DNA of 64,000 nucleotides, taken from IMG/VR virus record IMGVR_UViG_3300033066_001054; one strand, 5' to 3'. The translations under genes and the position numbers were made by a program. Positions 1 through 8,633 of this stretch are shown here, piece by piece. Below the pieces are notes generated by a model. It worked only from the letters and a program-made list of their open reading frames with translations, was not told the DNA's origin and did no database searches. This DNA is from a virus. Taxonomy: Duplodnaviria; Caudoviricetes. Numbering within the stretch: position 1 is the stretch's first letter; each line of letters begins with the position of its first letter.

Positions 1-250
1 TATATCCAGGGAAGATTTGATTTTCCTTGGAACTACTTATGCTTCAAAGGCGATGGACACAGTTTATCATCTGTATGCAGCAAATGTAGATGGCAAATCT
101 CAACAAAAGGCATCTGGTGATGGTTCAAGATTGGAGTCAGAAGGCGGCGTGGAGTGGCACGACAGTGCTATGGATTGTGAGGACGCAGTTGCCGCTTGTG
201 CATACTTCAGATTGATTTGGGCCATGTTACACTGGAAACAAGTTAAATGA
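1..250 (+). CDS. Hypothetical protein, probably 5'-truncated by the window edge
   Basis: The frame is open from position 2 to the stop at 250, which overlaps the next ATG (ATGA coupling). Confidence 0.5.
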   Translation, partial: ISREDLIFLGTTYASKAMDTVYHLYAANVDGKSQQKASGDGSRLESEGGVEWHDSAMDCEDAVAACAYFRLIWAMLHWKQVK

Positions 251-1200
251 ACAAACAGAAAGACAGAAATTTCTTCTACCACGAGCGTTCGCTCAACTAT
301 TCATTCGGTGCTACGCACCCATACAATTCTTTGCGGCTGAAAAACGCGGTAAGCAATATCAATGCTCACGGACTGTCGTGTTGTGACTTTAATGACGCAT
401 CAGACGAAGACATACTTTCGATACATACCGGCGACTATATTGCGCACGTAAAACAATGCTCAAGCGGTGCGAAATCAAAGTTCAAGTATGGAATTGGAGA
501 TAGCGACACACCGTCTTTTTTGGGTATGTATGATGCGTGCAAGGCTATTGCCGGCGCCACCAAAGCCGCTGCGGATGTTCTATGTCGAGGTGACGACCTT
601 GCATTTAACATGTCTGGTGGACTGCATCACGCAAGAGCGCATCGAGCGAGTGGTTTTTGTGCTGTTGACGATATCGCGCTTGGTATCAACACACTTCTGT
701 CGCGTTTTGACAAAGTTGCATACTTAGACATTGATTTACACCACGGTGATGGGGTTGAAGAACGATACACTGGTATCAAGCGTGTTTTGACAGCCAGCGT
801 GCATCAATTTGGATTTGGGTTCTATCCAGGCACCGGATGCGATTCTGAAGATGGTGACTATATCAACGAACCACTAGATGCCGGTACGAACGGAAAAGAT
901 TGGTTACGTGCGGTTGACAGGCTGGTGGACGACATCAAAACATACAATCCAGACGCACTTGTGTTACAGTGTGGCGTCGACGCGCACTACTCAGACCCAC
1001 TTGGTTCGCTGAATGTCACTGCGCGAGAATGGTTCGAGGCAGTTCAAAAAGCCAGAGAGATAGGCAAGCCCATGCTGGTGCTGGGCGGCGGCGGATATGA
1101 CCATCGAAACCCTGCTAGAATGTGGCCAGCCGCAGTTTTATCACTTTGTGATATGACATATGATGACACCTGGCTTGATGATGACCGAGGACCTTTTTAA
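247..1200 (+). CDS. Zn-dependent histone deacetylase family protein (AcuC-like)
   Basis: HP, GGLHHA, SGFC, DIDLHHGDGV, YPGTG, QCGVDAH..DPLG and GGGGY motifs of the HDAC/AcuC family. Confidence 0.93.
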   Translation: MNKQKDRNFFYHERSLNYSFGATHPYNSLRLKNAVSNINAHGLSCCDFNDASDEDILSIHTGDYIAHVKQCSSGAKSKFKYGIGDSDTPSFLGMYDACKAIAGATKAAADVLCRGDDLAFNMSGGLHHARAHRASGFCAVDDIALGINTLLSRFDKVAYLDIDLHHGDGVEERYTGIKRVLTASVHQFGFGFYPGTGCDSEDGDYINEPLDAGTNGKDWLRAVDRLVDDIKTYNPDALVLQCGVDAHYSDPLGSLNVTAREWFEAVQKAREIGKPMLVLGGGGYDHRNPARMWPAAVLSLCDMTYDDTWLDDDRGPF

Positions 1201-1763
1201 TGATTGATATTTCCATGTTTTCCGATGCTGTTTCCATTGTCAAAGAGATTGGCAGTGGTGTCGTCAATTTGGCGTCTTTGCCAAAAAACAGGCGTGAGCA
1301 CTACCACGCAATTGTGGATGAAACATTCACATTGCTTGACCATGCACTCTTGTGTGTGATTCATAGGCTTGCAGACTGCGTGCGTATTCAAAAAGAATAT
1401 GGTGACGCTGCGTTCATGACCGAGTTGCGCTCGTTACAATCAGTAAGTGATTGGGAGAAGATTGAGCGAGATGTTCGATTGTGCCATTCTCTGAGGAAGG
1501 CCAGCGGAGAGATGCGCGGTTTGATTTCGAACATCGGAGACAAATTATCACTCAGTGATACTGGTAAGTTCTGGTACCTTGTGAATGTTGTGCTTGAGGG
1601 CGAGACCACAATGGCAAATCAAATTGCTAATATGCTTTACCACTTATCGAATCTTGCTGACCCATCCGAGGCACTAGACACAACCAGCGAGTGCCTGCGG
1701 GGTCTTAAGTCGCTACGGCGTGATTTAATCGAGTCGCAGGTTGAGCTTATGAAACAAGTCTAA
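1200..1763 (+). CDS. Hypothetical helical protein
   Basis: 187-aa ORF coupled to the upstream stop; no motif recognised. Confidence 0.6.
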   Translation: MIDISMFSDAVSIVKEIGSGVVNLASLPKNRREHYHAIVDETFTLLDHALLCVIHRLADCVRIQKEYGDAAFMTELRSLQSVSDWEKIERDVRLCHSLRKASGEMRGLISNIGDKLSLSDTGKFWYLVNVVLEGETTMANQIANMLYHLSNLADPSEALDTTSECLRGLKSLRRDLIESQVELMKQV

Positions 1764-1853
1764 TAGACTATCATGGCAAGCAAATTTAGATGGATTGGTT
1801 TTGGTGGTCATTGGACCTGACTGTGTAATACCATTCGTAGCTTCCGTGAGAAG

Positions 1854-2639
1854 CTAATGACCTGGAATCGGAAAAATCGCAGAAAGCAGTAGATACACTG
1901 GAATGTACGAAATCAGCATGTGTGCAGACCCGCTGTTTTTTACATGCATGATGAAGCTCTTGATGGTGTTCGGCATCTCGTTGGCCCATACGTACTTAAT
2001 GAAATTGGTATTGTGTTCAATTCCAATTTCAATAGCCTTGTCTATGTCTTTGTCGCGTGCTGTTTTTGTAGTGAAATGCTTCTGTAAGAAACCGCCAATG
2101 CTGTTGGAACCCCACGAAGACAGCATAAACGCCGGAATCATAATTCCAATCTGTGCCCAGTGAGCAATGGGCATCTTTCCAATCAATCCCACTAGCAGTC
2201 CGAATACCAAAAACAAGGTCATCAGATTGGTTCCGCATCGTGGATGAACGCGGTCTTGTGATTTGACCGATTCTGGCGTCAGCTCGATTCCTTTTTCAAG
2301 TGCGTGTACAAGTTGATGTTCGGATGCATGCATTGATGCAATTGGTGTAATACGAAGCAAAATCACATACAACGCAACGCCAATGGTTGACTTGACAGAG
2401 GTGTCTATTGTGATTTCATTCATTGTTTGATAGTACCCGGTGGCATATTGGCAAACAAAGATGACCAGTGAGTAGATGATGCCGGTGATGAACATTTGTA
2501 AATCGGTCACGCCGGCGTGCGCTATGGTAGTGTAGATGCGGATTCCAAACGGTGTTGCCATGCCACCATATGACAATTTGGCGTCTCCGATATCGGCGGC
2601 ATACATTTGATTTCCGGCTTTGAAGTGTATTTTAGACAT
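1854..2639 (-). CDS. DUF1385-like membrane protein (putative metal-dependent enzyme)
   Basis: HASEH...HA and HPRCGT motifs plus several hydrophobic segments. Start placed at MSKIH, 7 nt after a CATAAT box. Confidence 0.75.
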   Translation of the reverse strand: MSKIHFKAGNQMYAADIGDAKLSYGGMATPFGIRIYTTIAHAGVTDLQMFITGIIYSLVIFVCQYATGYYQTMNEITIDTSVKSTIGVALYVILLRITPIASMHASEHQLVHALEKGIELTPESVKSQDRVHPRCGTNLMTLFLVFGLLVGLIGKMPIAHWAQIGIMIPAFMLSSWGSNSIGGFLQKHFTTKTARDKDIDKAIEIGIEHNTNFIKYVWANEMPNTIKSFIMHVKNSGSAHMLISYIPVYLLLSAIFPIPGH

Positions 2640-2700
2640 CGCTTGCATTATGTCATGAAAGTGTGGTAGAATGCAAGACCAACAAAAGAAAGGTGAAAAC

Positions 2701-3168
2701 ATGAACGAAACTAACGAACTTGGAATGCAAATCATTGACGGAATCCCGGTTTTCGGTGACCCGGTCGACCAGGGTGCTCTTGAGCAAATCAAGAACGCTC
2801 AGGGATACTACGCGTCAAAAGTTGCACTAATGGCTGACCATCACTTGGGTTTTGGTGTGCCGATTGGTGGTGTTGTTGCGTATCCAGAGCATGTTTCACC
2901 AAGCGGAGTCGGATTCGACATTGCTTGCGGTAACAAGGCTGTATTGACTGATGCGAAGCCGATTAAGACCAAAACCCAAATCCATCGCATTATGGACGAC
3001 GTCTTCAAGAAGATTTCCTTTGGTGTTGGCCGAGTTAACGAAGAGGAGGTCGAGCACGAGTTGTTCGATGACCCTTTGTGGAACGAATTGCCGGTATTGA
3101 AGGCAAACAAGGACAAGGCTGTTGCCCAGCTTGGAACTGTTGGTTCTGGAAACCACTACGTGGATATT
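2701..3168 (+). CDS. rtcB: RtcB RNA ligase, exon 1
   Basis: MADHHLG, PIGGV, VGFDIACGN and QLGTVGSGNHYVDI motifs. RtcB similarity stops at 3168. Confidence 0.92.
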
Positions 3169-3701
3169 GGGCGCTGCATCACGCAGCACATCATCACTGG
3201 TTAAGCCAGTTCATAGTCGGAGAAACCTATGAGGAGCACCCAACCAACTCAAGACCGAAAGGACGAGAGCCAACATAGCCTGTTGGGAAAGCGAGGGTCG
3301 GTGGAAAGCGATACAAGCCGACGCCTTGCAAGCTCCGCGCGTCATGGTGAGGGCTATACTGCTCGAACCCAAGTCTCCAATGGCCCAAACGTAGGCCCGT
3401 TGCTACATCGCTTACAGGCAACGACGACCCATGCGGCGGTCAAATATGTCGGCTACTGCAATCTCCGTGGGTCGGAAATCGTGGACAACGAGTCCACTCA
3501 AGGGGACGAACTGGGCACCTACAACGCGCTATCACGTGATGTGTTGACGGAATGCAGGATGACCTACGGGGCGCGAGCCCTATGGTCACGGAACTCCAAT
3601 AGTAGTCGGGAGGGTCACGTCTCCCCAGGGCGAACGGGAAAGCCGTTCACAGGGCGAAGTGGAGTAGGCAACCTAATGAACAGCTATCGGAGGTACTCGG
3701 G

Positions 3702-5573
3702 ATGAGAACAGCCGAAGATGTGCTGAACATAATCATGGACAGAGGCAGACGAAAACTGCCGCTGGAAGACCTCTACAGACAACTGTTCAATCCGAACCTG
3801 TACCTGCGGGCTTACGGGCGACTGTATCGCAATGCAGGAGCCATGACCAAGGGTGCAACGGATGAGACGGTAGACGGCATGTCGATGGCGAAAATCAACG
3901 CCATCATCGACGCACTGCGAGCCGAAAGGTATCGCTGGACAGCGGTCAGGCGAGTGCACATCCCGAAAAGCAACGGGAAGACACGACCCCTGGGCATCCC
4001 TTCGTGGAGCGACAAGTTGCTGCAAGAAGTTATGCGTTCTCTTCTGGAGGCGTATTACGAGCCGCAGTTCTCTGAGTCGTCCCACGGCTTCCGCCCTGGA
4101 CACGGATGCCACACGGCGCTAACCACGGTCGCAAGAACGTGGGTCGGCACTAAGTGGTTCATCGAAGGGGACATTCAAGGATGTTTCGACAATATCGACC
4201 ACCAGATTCTTCTGGACCGATTGAGGAAGGACATCCACGACAACCGCTTCATGCGGTTGATGGAAGGTCTGCTGCGGGCAGGCTACATGGAGTACTGGCA
4301 CTACAACGAAACACTGAGCGGCACCCCGCAAGGCGGAGTCATCAGTCCGTTGCTCGCCAATATCTACATGGACATGCTCGACAAATTTGTCGAAGGAGTA
4401 CTCCTTCCAGACTACAACCAAGCTACCAAGAGAAGGAAGAACCCGCTGTACAACCGACTGGCTGGACAGGCTGAAACTCTGAGGAAGAACGGGAAGAAGG
4501 CGGAGGCAACGGTGCTCTTCAAACAGTACCAGAAGCTCCCGTCGCTCGACCCCAACGACCCAGACTACAGGCGGCTGCGCTATGTGCGATACGCAGACGA
4601 CTTCCTACTCGGGTTCGCTGGTCCAAAGCACGAGGCAGAAGACATCAAGCAACGCCTGAAAGCGTTTCTGCGGGACAGCCTTCATCTTTCGCTGTCCGAA
4701 GAGAAGACGCTTGTCACGCATGCGCAGACAGGCAGAGCGAGATTCCTCGGCTATGAAATTGGGGTCCGAACAATCAAAGACAAACACGACGACACCAGTC
4801 GGCGAACGATGTCCACGAGAATCGGTCTCTTCGTGCCCAAGGACTTCGTGGACGGTCGGTGCAGGAAGTATGCGAAGGATGGGAAACCCCACCACCGCGC
4901 TGAGTTGCTACACGATGAGGATTACAGCATCGTCAGCACCTACCAGAGCGAGTACAGGGGTTACGTCCAGTATTACTTGCTCGCCGAGAACGTGGCATGG
5001 CTTCAACGCCTCCATTGGTACATGCGAACATCGCTGCTGAAGACTCTTGCCCACAAGCATAAGTCAACGGTGACGAAGATGAACCAGAAGCACGAGGAAA
5101 TCGTGCAGACGGCGCATGGACAGAAGAAGGTGCTCCAAGTCACAGTCGAGCGCGAGGGCAAACCTCCGCTCGTCGCCCAGTTCGGCGGCATTCCGCTCCG
5201 TCGCAAGGTTGAGGCAGTGATACACGACCTCTCAACCCAGGCCTACACTCCTAAGCGAACCGAGTTGCTCAAGCGGCTCCTCGCCGACGAGTGCGAGCTA
5301 TGCCTATCAACAGATGGGGTGGAAGTCCACCACGTCCGAAAACTGGCAGACCTCAAGGTGAAGGGTCGAAGGGAGAAACCGCTATGGGCGCAGATTATGT
5401 CTGCTCGCAAGCGGAAGACCCTCGTTGTGTGTCGTGAATGTCACCTTGACATTCAATACGGTCGGCCCATTAGGGCACTCACCGCGATACAGGTTGCTGG
5501 AGAGCCGTGTGATGCGAAAGTATCCCGCACGGTTCGGAGGGGGCTTGTTGGAAAAGGAGGTGTTCAGTCATGA
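3702..5573 (+). CDS. ltrA: Group II intron-encoded reverse transcriptase/maturase with C-terminal HNH endonuclease
   Basis: RPLGIP, SHGFRP, GTPQGG and YVRYADD RT motifs, a domain X region, and CELC...VHHVR...CREC H. Confidence 0.95.
   Translation: MRTAEDVLNIIMDRGRRKLPLEDLYRQLFNPNLYLRAYGRLYRNAGAMTKGATDETVDGMSMAKINAIIDALRAERYRWTAVRRVHIPKSNGKTRPLGIPSWSDKLLQEVMRSLLEAYYEPQFSESSHGFRPGHGCHTALTTVARTWVGTKWFIEGDIQGCFDNIDHQILLDRLRKDIHDNRFMRLMEGLLRAGYMEYWHYNETLSGTPQGGVISPLLANIYMDMLDKFVEGVLLPDYNQATKRRKNPLYNRLAGQAETLRKNGKKAEATVLFKQYQKLPSLDPNDPDYRRLRYVRYADDFLLGFAGPKHEAEDIKQRLKAFLRDSLHLSLSEEKTLVTHAQTGRARFLGYEIGVRTIKDKHDDTSRRTMSTRIGLFVPKDFVDGRCRKYAKDGKPHHRAELLHDEDYSIVSTYQSEYRGYVQYYLLAENVAWLQRLHWYMRTSLLKTLAHKHKSTVTKMNQKHEEIVQTAHGQKKVLQVTVEREGKPPLVAQFGGIPLRRKVEAVIHDLSTQAYTPKRTELLKRLLADECELCLSTDGVEVHHVRKLADLKVKGRREKPLWAQIMSARKRKTLVVCRECHLDIQYGRPIRALTAIQVAGEPCDAKVSRTVRRGLVGKGGVQS
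5502..5535 (+). ncRNA. Group II intron catalytic domain V
   Basis: GAGCCGTGTGATGCGAAAGTATCCCGCACGGTTC: AGC triad, GAAA tetraloop, 34-nt hairpin. Confidence 0.92.
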
Positions 5574-5602
5574 GCACCCACCTCGCCAGCATTCCACCCT
5601 AC

Positions 5603-6325
5603 TTCATTGACGAACAGGACAGGGTTTGGGTTGGCGTCCACTTTGGCTCTCGTGGCCTTGGTCACGCAATTGCAACCGAGTACATTGACGTTGCAAAGTC
5701 GAAGGGGTATTTCCAAGATGGAATCAGCGTGTTGCATCACCAGTCTGATGCAGGCGAAGAGTACATCAAGGCAATGGACCTGGCAGGACGCTATGCTTAC
5801 GCAGGGCGCGACTGGGTTTGTGCAAAGGTTGCAAAAATCATTGGTGGAGACATCATTGACGAAGTGCATAACCATCACAACTTTGCTTGGCGCGAGACGC
5901 ACGGCGACGAGGATTTGTGGGTAGTCCGAAAGGGCGCAACTCCTGCATTCCCAGGTCAGCGTGGGTTCGTGGGTGGCTCAATGGGCGAGAATGCTGTGAT
6001 TATTGAGGGTATGGGTGGAGACCTCGCGGAACACACCTTGCACTCTACTGTTCACGGAGCAGGCCGCGTTATGAGCCGTACTCGAGCGAAGGGTAATGCG
6101 AAGAAGGGTATTCAGGGAGAAATTTCTGAACGAGCAATGCAGAAGTGGTTGAGCGAAGCTGGTGTCGTCCTTCGGGGCGGCGGAGTTGACGAGGCACCAC
6201 AGGCATACAAGCGTTTGACTGACGTTCTTGGTTATCACGGTGACAGCATTCGTGTTGTCCACACGTTGAAGCCAATTGGTGTTGCGATGGCTCCTTCTGG
6301 CACCAAAGACCCCTACAAGGACTAA
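5603..6325 (+). CDS. rtcB: RtcB RNA ligase, exon 2
   Basis: HFGSRGLG, HNHHNF, RKGATP, GGSMG, HGAGR (nucleophile His) and DEAPQAYK motifs. Confidence 0.92.
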   Translation, partial: FIDEQDRVWVGVHFGSRGLGHAIATEYIDVAKSKGYFQDGISVLHHQSDAGEEYIKAMDLAGRYAYAGRDWVCAKVAKIIGGDIIDEVHNHHNFAWRETHGDEDLWVVRKGATPAFPGQRGFVGGSMGENAVIIEGMGGDLAEHTLHSTVHGAGRVMSRTRAKGNAKKGIQGEISERAMQKWLSEAGVVLRGGGVDEAPQAYKRLTDVLGYHGDSIRVVHTLKPIGVAMAPSGTKDPYKD

Positions 6326-6333
6326 GTCTTTAT

Positions 6334-6373
6334 TTGGCATTCTGTATTTGTCTGTATAAAGACAGAATGCCAA
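6334..6373 (+). promoter_or_regulatory. Hairpin occluding the endonuclease start codon, with TGTATAAA in its loop
   Basis: 12-bp perfect stem TTGGCATTCTGT (6334-6345) / ACAGAATGCCAA (6362-6373). ATG 6367 lies in the 3' arm. Confidence 0.7.
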
Positions 6374-6837
6374 TAGGACTGAAACACACAAAGGAAGCTA
6401 AAGACAAGATATCTGCGGCGGCAAAAAAGACGATGTCTCAACCAAATGCAGGGTTTAGACAACGTGTTAAATGTCAATTTTGTGACCAAGAAATGAGTCC
6501 GGCGAACATGGGCAAGCACGCCAATAGATGTCGAGACACACGTGGTATTGAACTCAACGGCCAACAGTTGACAGTAAGAGAGATTAAGCGATTGCGAACA
6601 CGACTTAAACCACTTGGGTGGACTGTTGAAGATTATGTCCGTGTGTATCGCGAACAGCAAGGTCGTTGTTTCTTGTGTAACTCAGAACCGCAGAGAAGTT
6701 TGTCAGCAGACCATTGTCATACAAGCGGTAAATCAAGAGCATTGTTGTGCGACCAATGTAATCTTGGATTGGGTTCGTTCAAAGACGACCCAAATTTGAT
6801 GATTAAAGCAGCAGAATATATTAAGAGCTTTATGTAG
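6367..6837 (+). CDS. Free-standing endonuclease VII-family (His-Me) homing-type endonuclease with NUMOD3-like N-terminus
   Basis: KHTKEAKDKIS (NUMOD3-like); QQGRCFLC...DHCHTSGKSRALLCDQCNLGLG.FKDD (EndoVII). Confidence 0.85.
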   Translation: MPIGLKHTKEAKDKISAAAKKTMSQPNAGFRQRVKCQFCDQEMSPANMGKHANRCRDTRGIELNGQQLTVREIKRLRTRLKPLGWTVEDYVRVYREQQGRCFLCNSEPQRSLSADHCHTSGKSRALLCDQCNLGLGSFKDDPNLMIKAAEYIKSFM

Positions 6838-6838
6838 A

Positions 6839-7090
6839 ATGAACTGTCCAAAGTGCAATGCAAATAATTGGGCCATGGGTCCAGAAGGCGGAGGAAGCCA
6901 AAACATCCTGTGTCGCAATTGTCACACTGAGTATTGTGAATCGGCATTTGGTCTTGAAGAAATGAAGTACGACATAGGTCGTATTCAACGACTGTATTGG
7001 ATATTTGAGCCGCCGGTATTCCAGGCAAACCAATCAAAATATTCAATCATTGATGACATGCTCAGCGAGATTGAACATGAAATGCCCTGA
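6839..7090 (+). CDS. Small zinc-ribbon protein
   Basis: CPKC...CRNC. Confidence 0.65.
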   Translation: MNCPKCNANNWAMGPEGGGSQNILCRNCHTEYCESAFGLEEMKYDIGRIQRLYWIFEPPVFQANQSKYSIIDDMLSEIEHEMP

Positions 7091-7280
7091 GTGCGGTTCA
7101 AATAAATGGCACAAAGAACCAGAGCGCGGTGGATTTATTGACATCGCGTGTAAAGTGTGTGATTATCAATCATGTGAGCCCGAACACGTGTTCAGAAAGC
7201 GCAAATCAACCGGCATAATCAAAGTCCGCAGACCTAAGAAAATATCCATCATTGACACGATGCTTGATGGCGTGTTATAA
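7077..7280 (+). CDS. Small zinc-ribbon protein
   Basis: MKCPECG...CKVC; overlaps the previous stop. Confidence 0.65.
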   Translation: MKCPECGSNKWHKEPERGGFIDIACKVCDYQSCEPEHVFRKRKSTGIIKVRRPKKISIIDTMLDGVL

Positions 7281-7281
7281 T
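7252..7281 (+). promoter_or_regulatory. Sigma70-consensus promoter, leaderless
   Basis: TTGACA (7252-57), 18-nt spacer ending in TG-T, TATAAT (7276-81), ATG 6 nt later. Confidence 0.75.
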
Positions 7282-7287
7282 CTGGTC

Positions 7288-7716
7288 ATGGAAAAGTTGC
7301 CTTTGTATGACGATGCGGTTTCGGTGTTCGTCAGAGAAAAAGAACCTGTAGTAAGCATTCACCCAAGGTGTGAAAGATTCTTGGTGTTTCAGGGTGTTGA
7401 AATCCCGGTTGTTGATGACATGATTGAAATGCTTGAGGAATTCGAAAATTGTGACGGTTACATGTCAAGGTTTGTTTTTAATGGCAACATGGGTGTCATC
7501 TTAGAGAACGCCGGCCTTGCAACACGCAGTTCGCGCGGGAGCTACAGTCCTACGCAATTGTTCAGAGATGTATATGACCAATTGATTGAAAAAACCACCG
7601 AGGTTCGCGGCATACGGTCGCAGTTGACCTGGAAGCCTACGGAATCCAATATTCAGGCATTACCAGAACCAATCAGGGAATACATCGAAGCACTGAGGTC
7701 ATCTCGCCAGGAGTAA
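7288..7716 (+). CDS. Hypothetical protein
   Basis: ORF directly after the consensus promoter. Confidence 0.6.
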   Translation: MEKLPLYDDAVSVFVREKEPVVSIHPRCERFLVFQGVEIPVVDDMIEMLEEFENCDGYMSRFVFNGNMGVILENAGLATRSSRGSYSPTQLFRDVYDQLIEKTTEVRGIRSQLTWKPTESNIQALPEPIREYIEALRSSRQE

Positions 7717-8557
7717 ACTGAGACTCACATGCATCAACCAAGTTGGACATTAGTGTGGCAACCGTCATTGGTCCAACACCGCCAGGCACCGGAGTGATAT
7801 ATGAAGCCTTCGGTGACACTTCATTATAGTTGATGTCACCGATTGGTTTTCCATCAACGATTGCATATCCACAGTCGATTGCCACAACACCTGGCTTAAC
7901 GTCTTCACCGTTAATCAAATGTGGCACACCTGTTGCAGCCACAATGATGTCTGCGTTTCTGAGCAATTCAGAGCGGTTTTTGGTGTATCGGTGTGTCATA
8001 GTGACTGTTGCGTCACGCTCAATCAACATCAATGCCATCGGGCGACCAAGAATAATACTGCAGCCGGCGACAACGACATTGGCACCTCTGATGGGGATGT
8101 CGTATGCATCAAGTAGGCGAATGATGCCCAGCGGTGTGGCAGCCCTGTGTCCTTGCATTCTGCTGGCTAGTTTGCCGATGGACAATGGTGAAATCCCATC
8201 TACGTCTTTGTTTGCATCTACTGCGGCCAAGATGCGTGATTCGTCAATATGCTGTGGCAATGGGTGTTGCACCATAATGCCGTGTACGCCGTGGTTTTTA
8301 TTGAGCCCTTCGATGTGTTGCAGCAGGCTCTCTTCGGTGGTTTCGCTTGTGACTTCAAATCTGCTGCTAGTGGCGCCAATTTTCGTTGCCCATTTCTGTT
8401 TCATTTTAGCATAGGCTACACTAGGCGCATCCTGACTAGCAACCACAATTGAGATGTGTGGTGCGACTCCGATTGTCGCTACTCGTTGTTTGAGTTCTTC
8501 CATGGTTTCATCGGCCAATTTTCGACCGTCTAAAACCTTTGCTAAAGTCGATTCCAT
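7673..8557 (-). CDS. folD: Bifunctional methylene-THF dehydrogenase/cyclohydrolase
   Basis: LDG, VHGIMVQHPLP, KDVDG, ATPLG, GRPMA and TPVPGGVGPMT motifs. Confidence 0.96.
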   Translation of the reverse strand: MESTLAKVLDGRKLADETMEELKQRVATIGVAPHISIVVASQDAPSVAYAKMKQKWATKIGATSSRFEVTSETTEESLLQHIEGLNKNHGVHGIMVQHPLPQHIDESRILAAVDANKDVDGISPLSIGKLASRMQGHRAATPLGIIRLLDAYDIPIRGANVVVAGCSIILGRPMALMLIERDATVTMTHRYTKNRSELLRNADIIVAATGVPHLINGEDVKPGVVAIDCGYAIVDGKPIGDINYNEVSPKASYITPVPGGVGPMTVATLMSNLVDACESQFTPGEMTSVLRCIP

Positions 8558-8633
8558 GGGTTAAGTATACCAGATTTGTTTTTTGTGCGCAACCTTGCGC
8601 GAGACCGTCGAAATATGCGATAATAGAAACGAC

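Larger units (their letters stand above)
3169..5602 (+). mobile_element. Group II intron (IIA/ML-like) inserted in rtcB
   Basis: 5' end GGGCG (consensus GUGYG), 3' end ...CCCTAC, domain V at 5502-5535, and an RT-maturase ORF. Removing it restores NHYVDI|FIDEQDRVW in frame (396-aa RtcB). Confidence 0.93.

Noticed and set aside
3229-3705. 158-aa ORF upstream of the intron RT
   Set aside because: It lies over ribozyme domains I-III, has no protein motif, and is likely incidental in GC-rich structured RNA.
3702-5573. RT as a retron, DGR or defence RT
   Set aside because: The maturase and HNH domains, DV/DVI and exon-binding sites identify a group II intron, and I saw no template/variable repeat pair.
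2671-6325. rtcB as a pseudogene or two separate genes (177 aa and 251 aa)
   Set aside because: Precise intron boundaries restore one intact reading frame.
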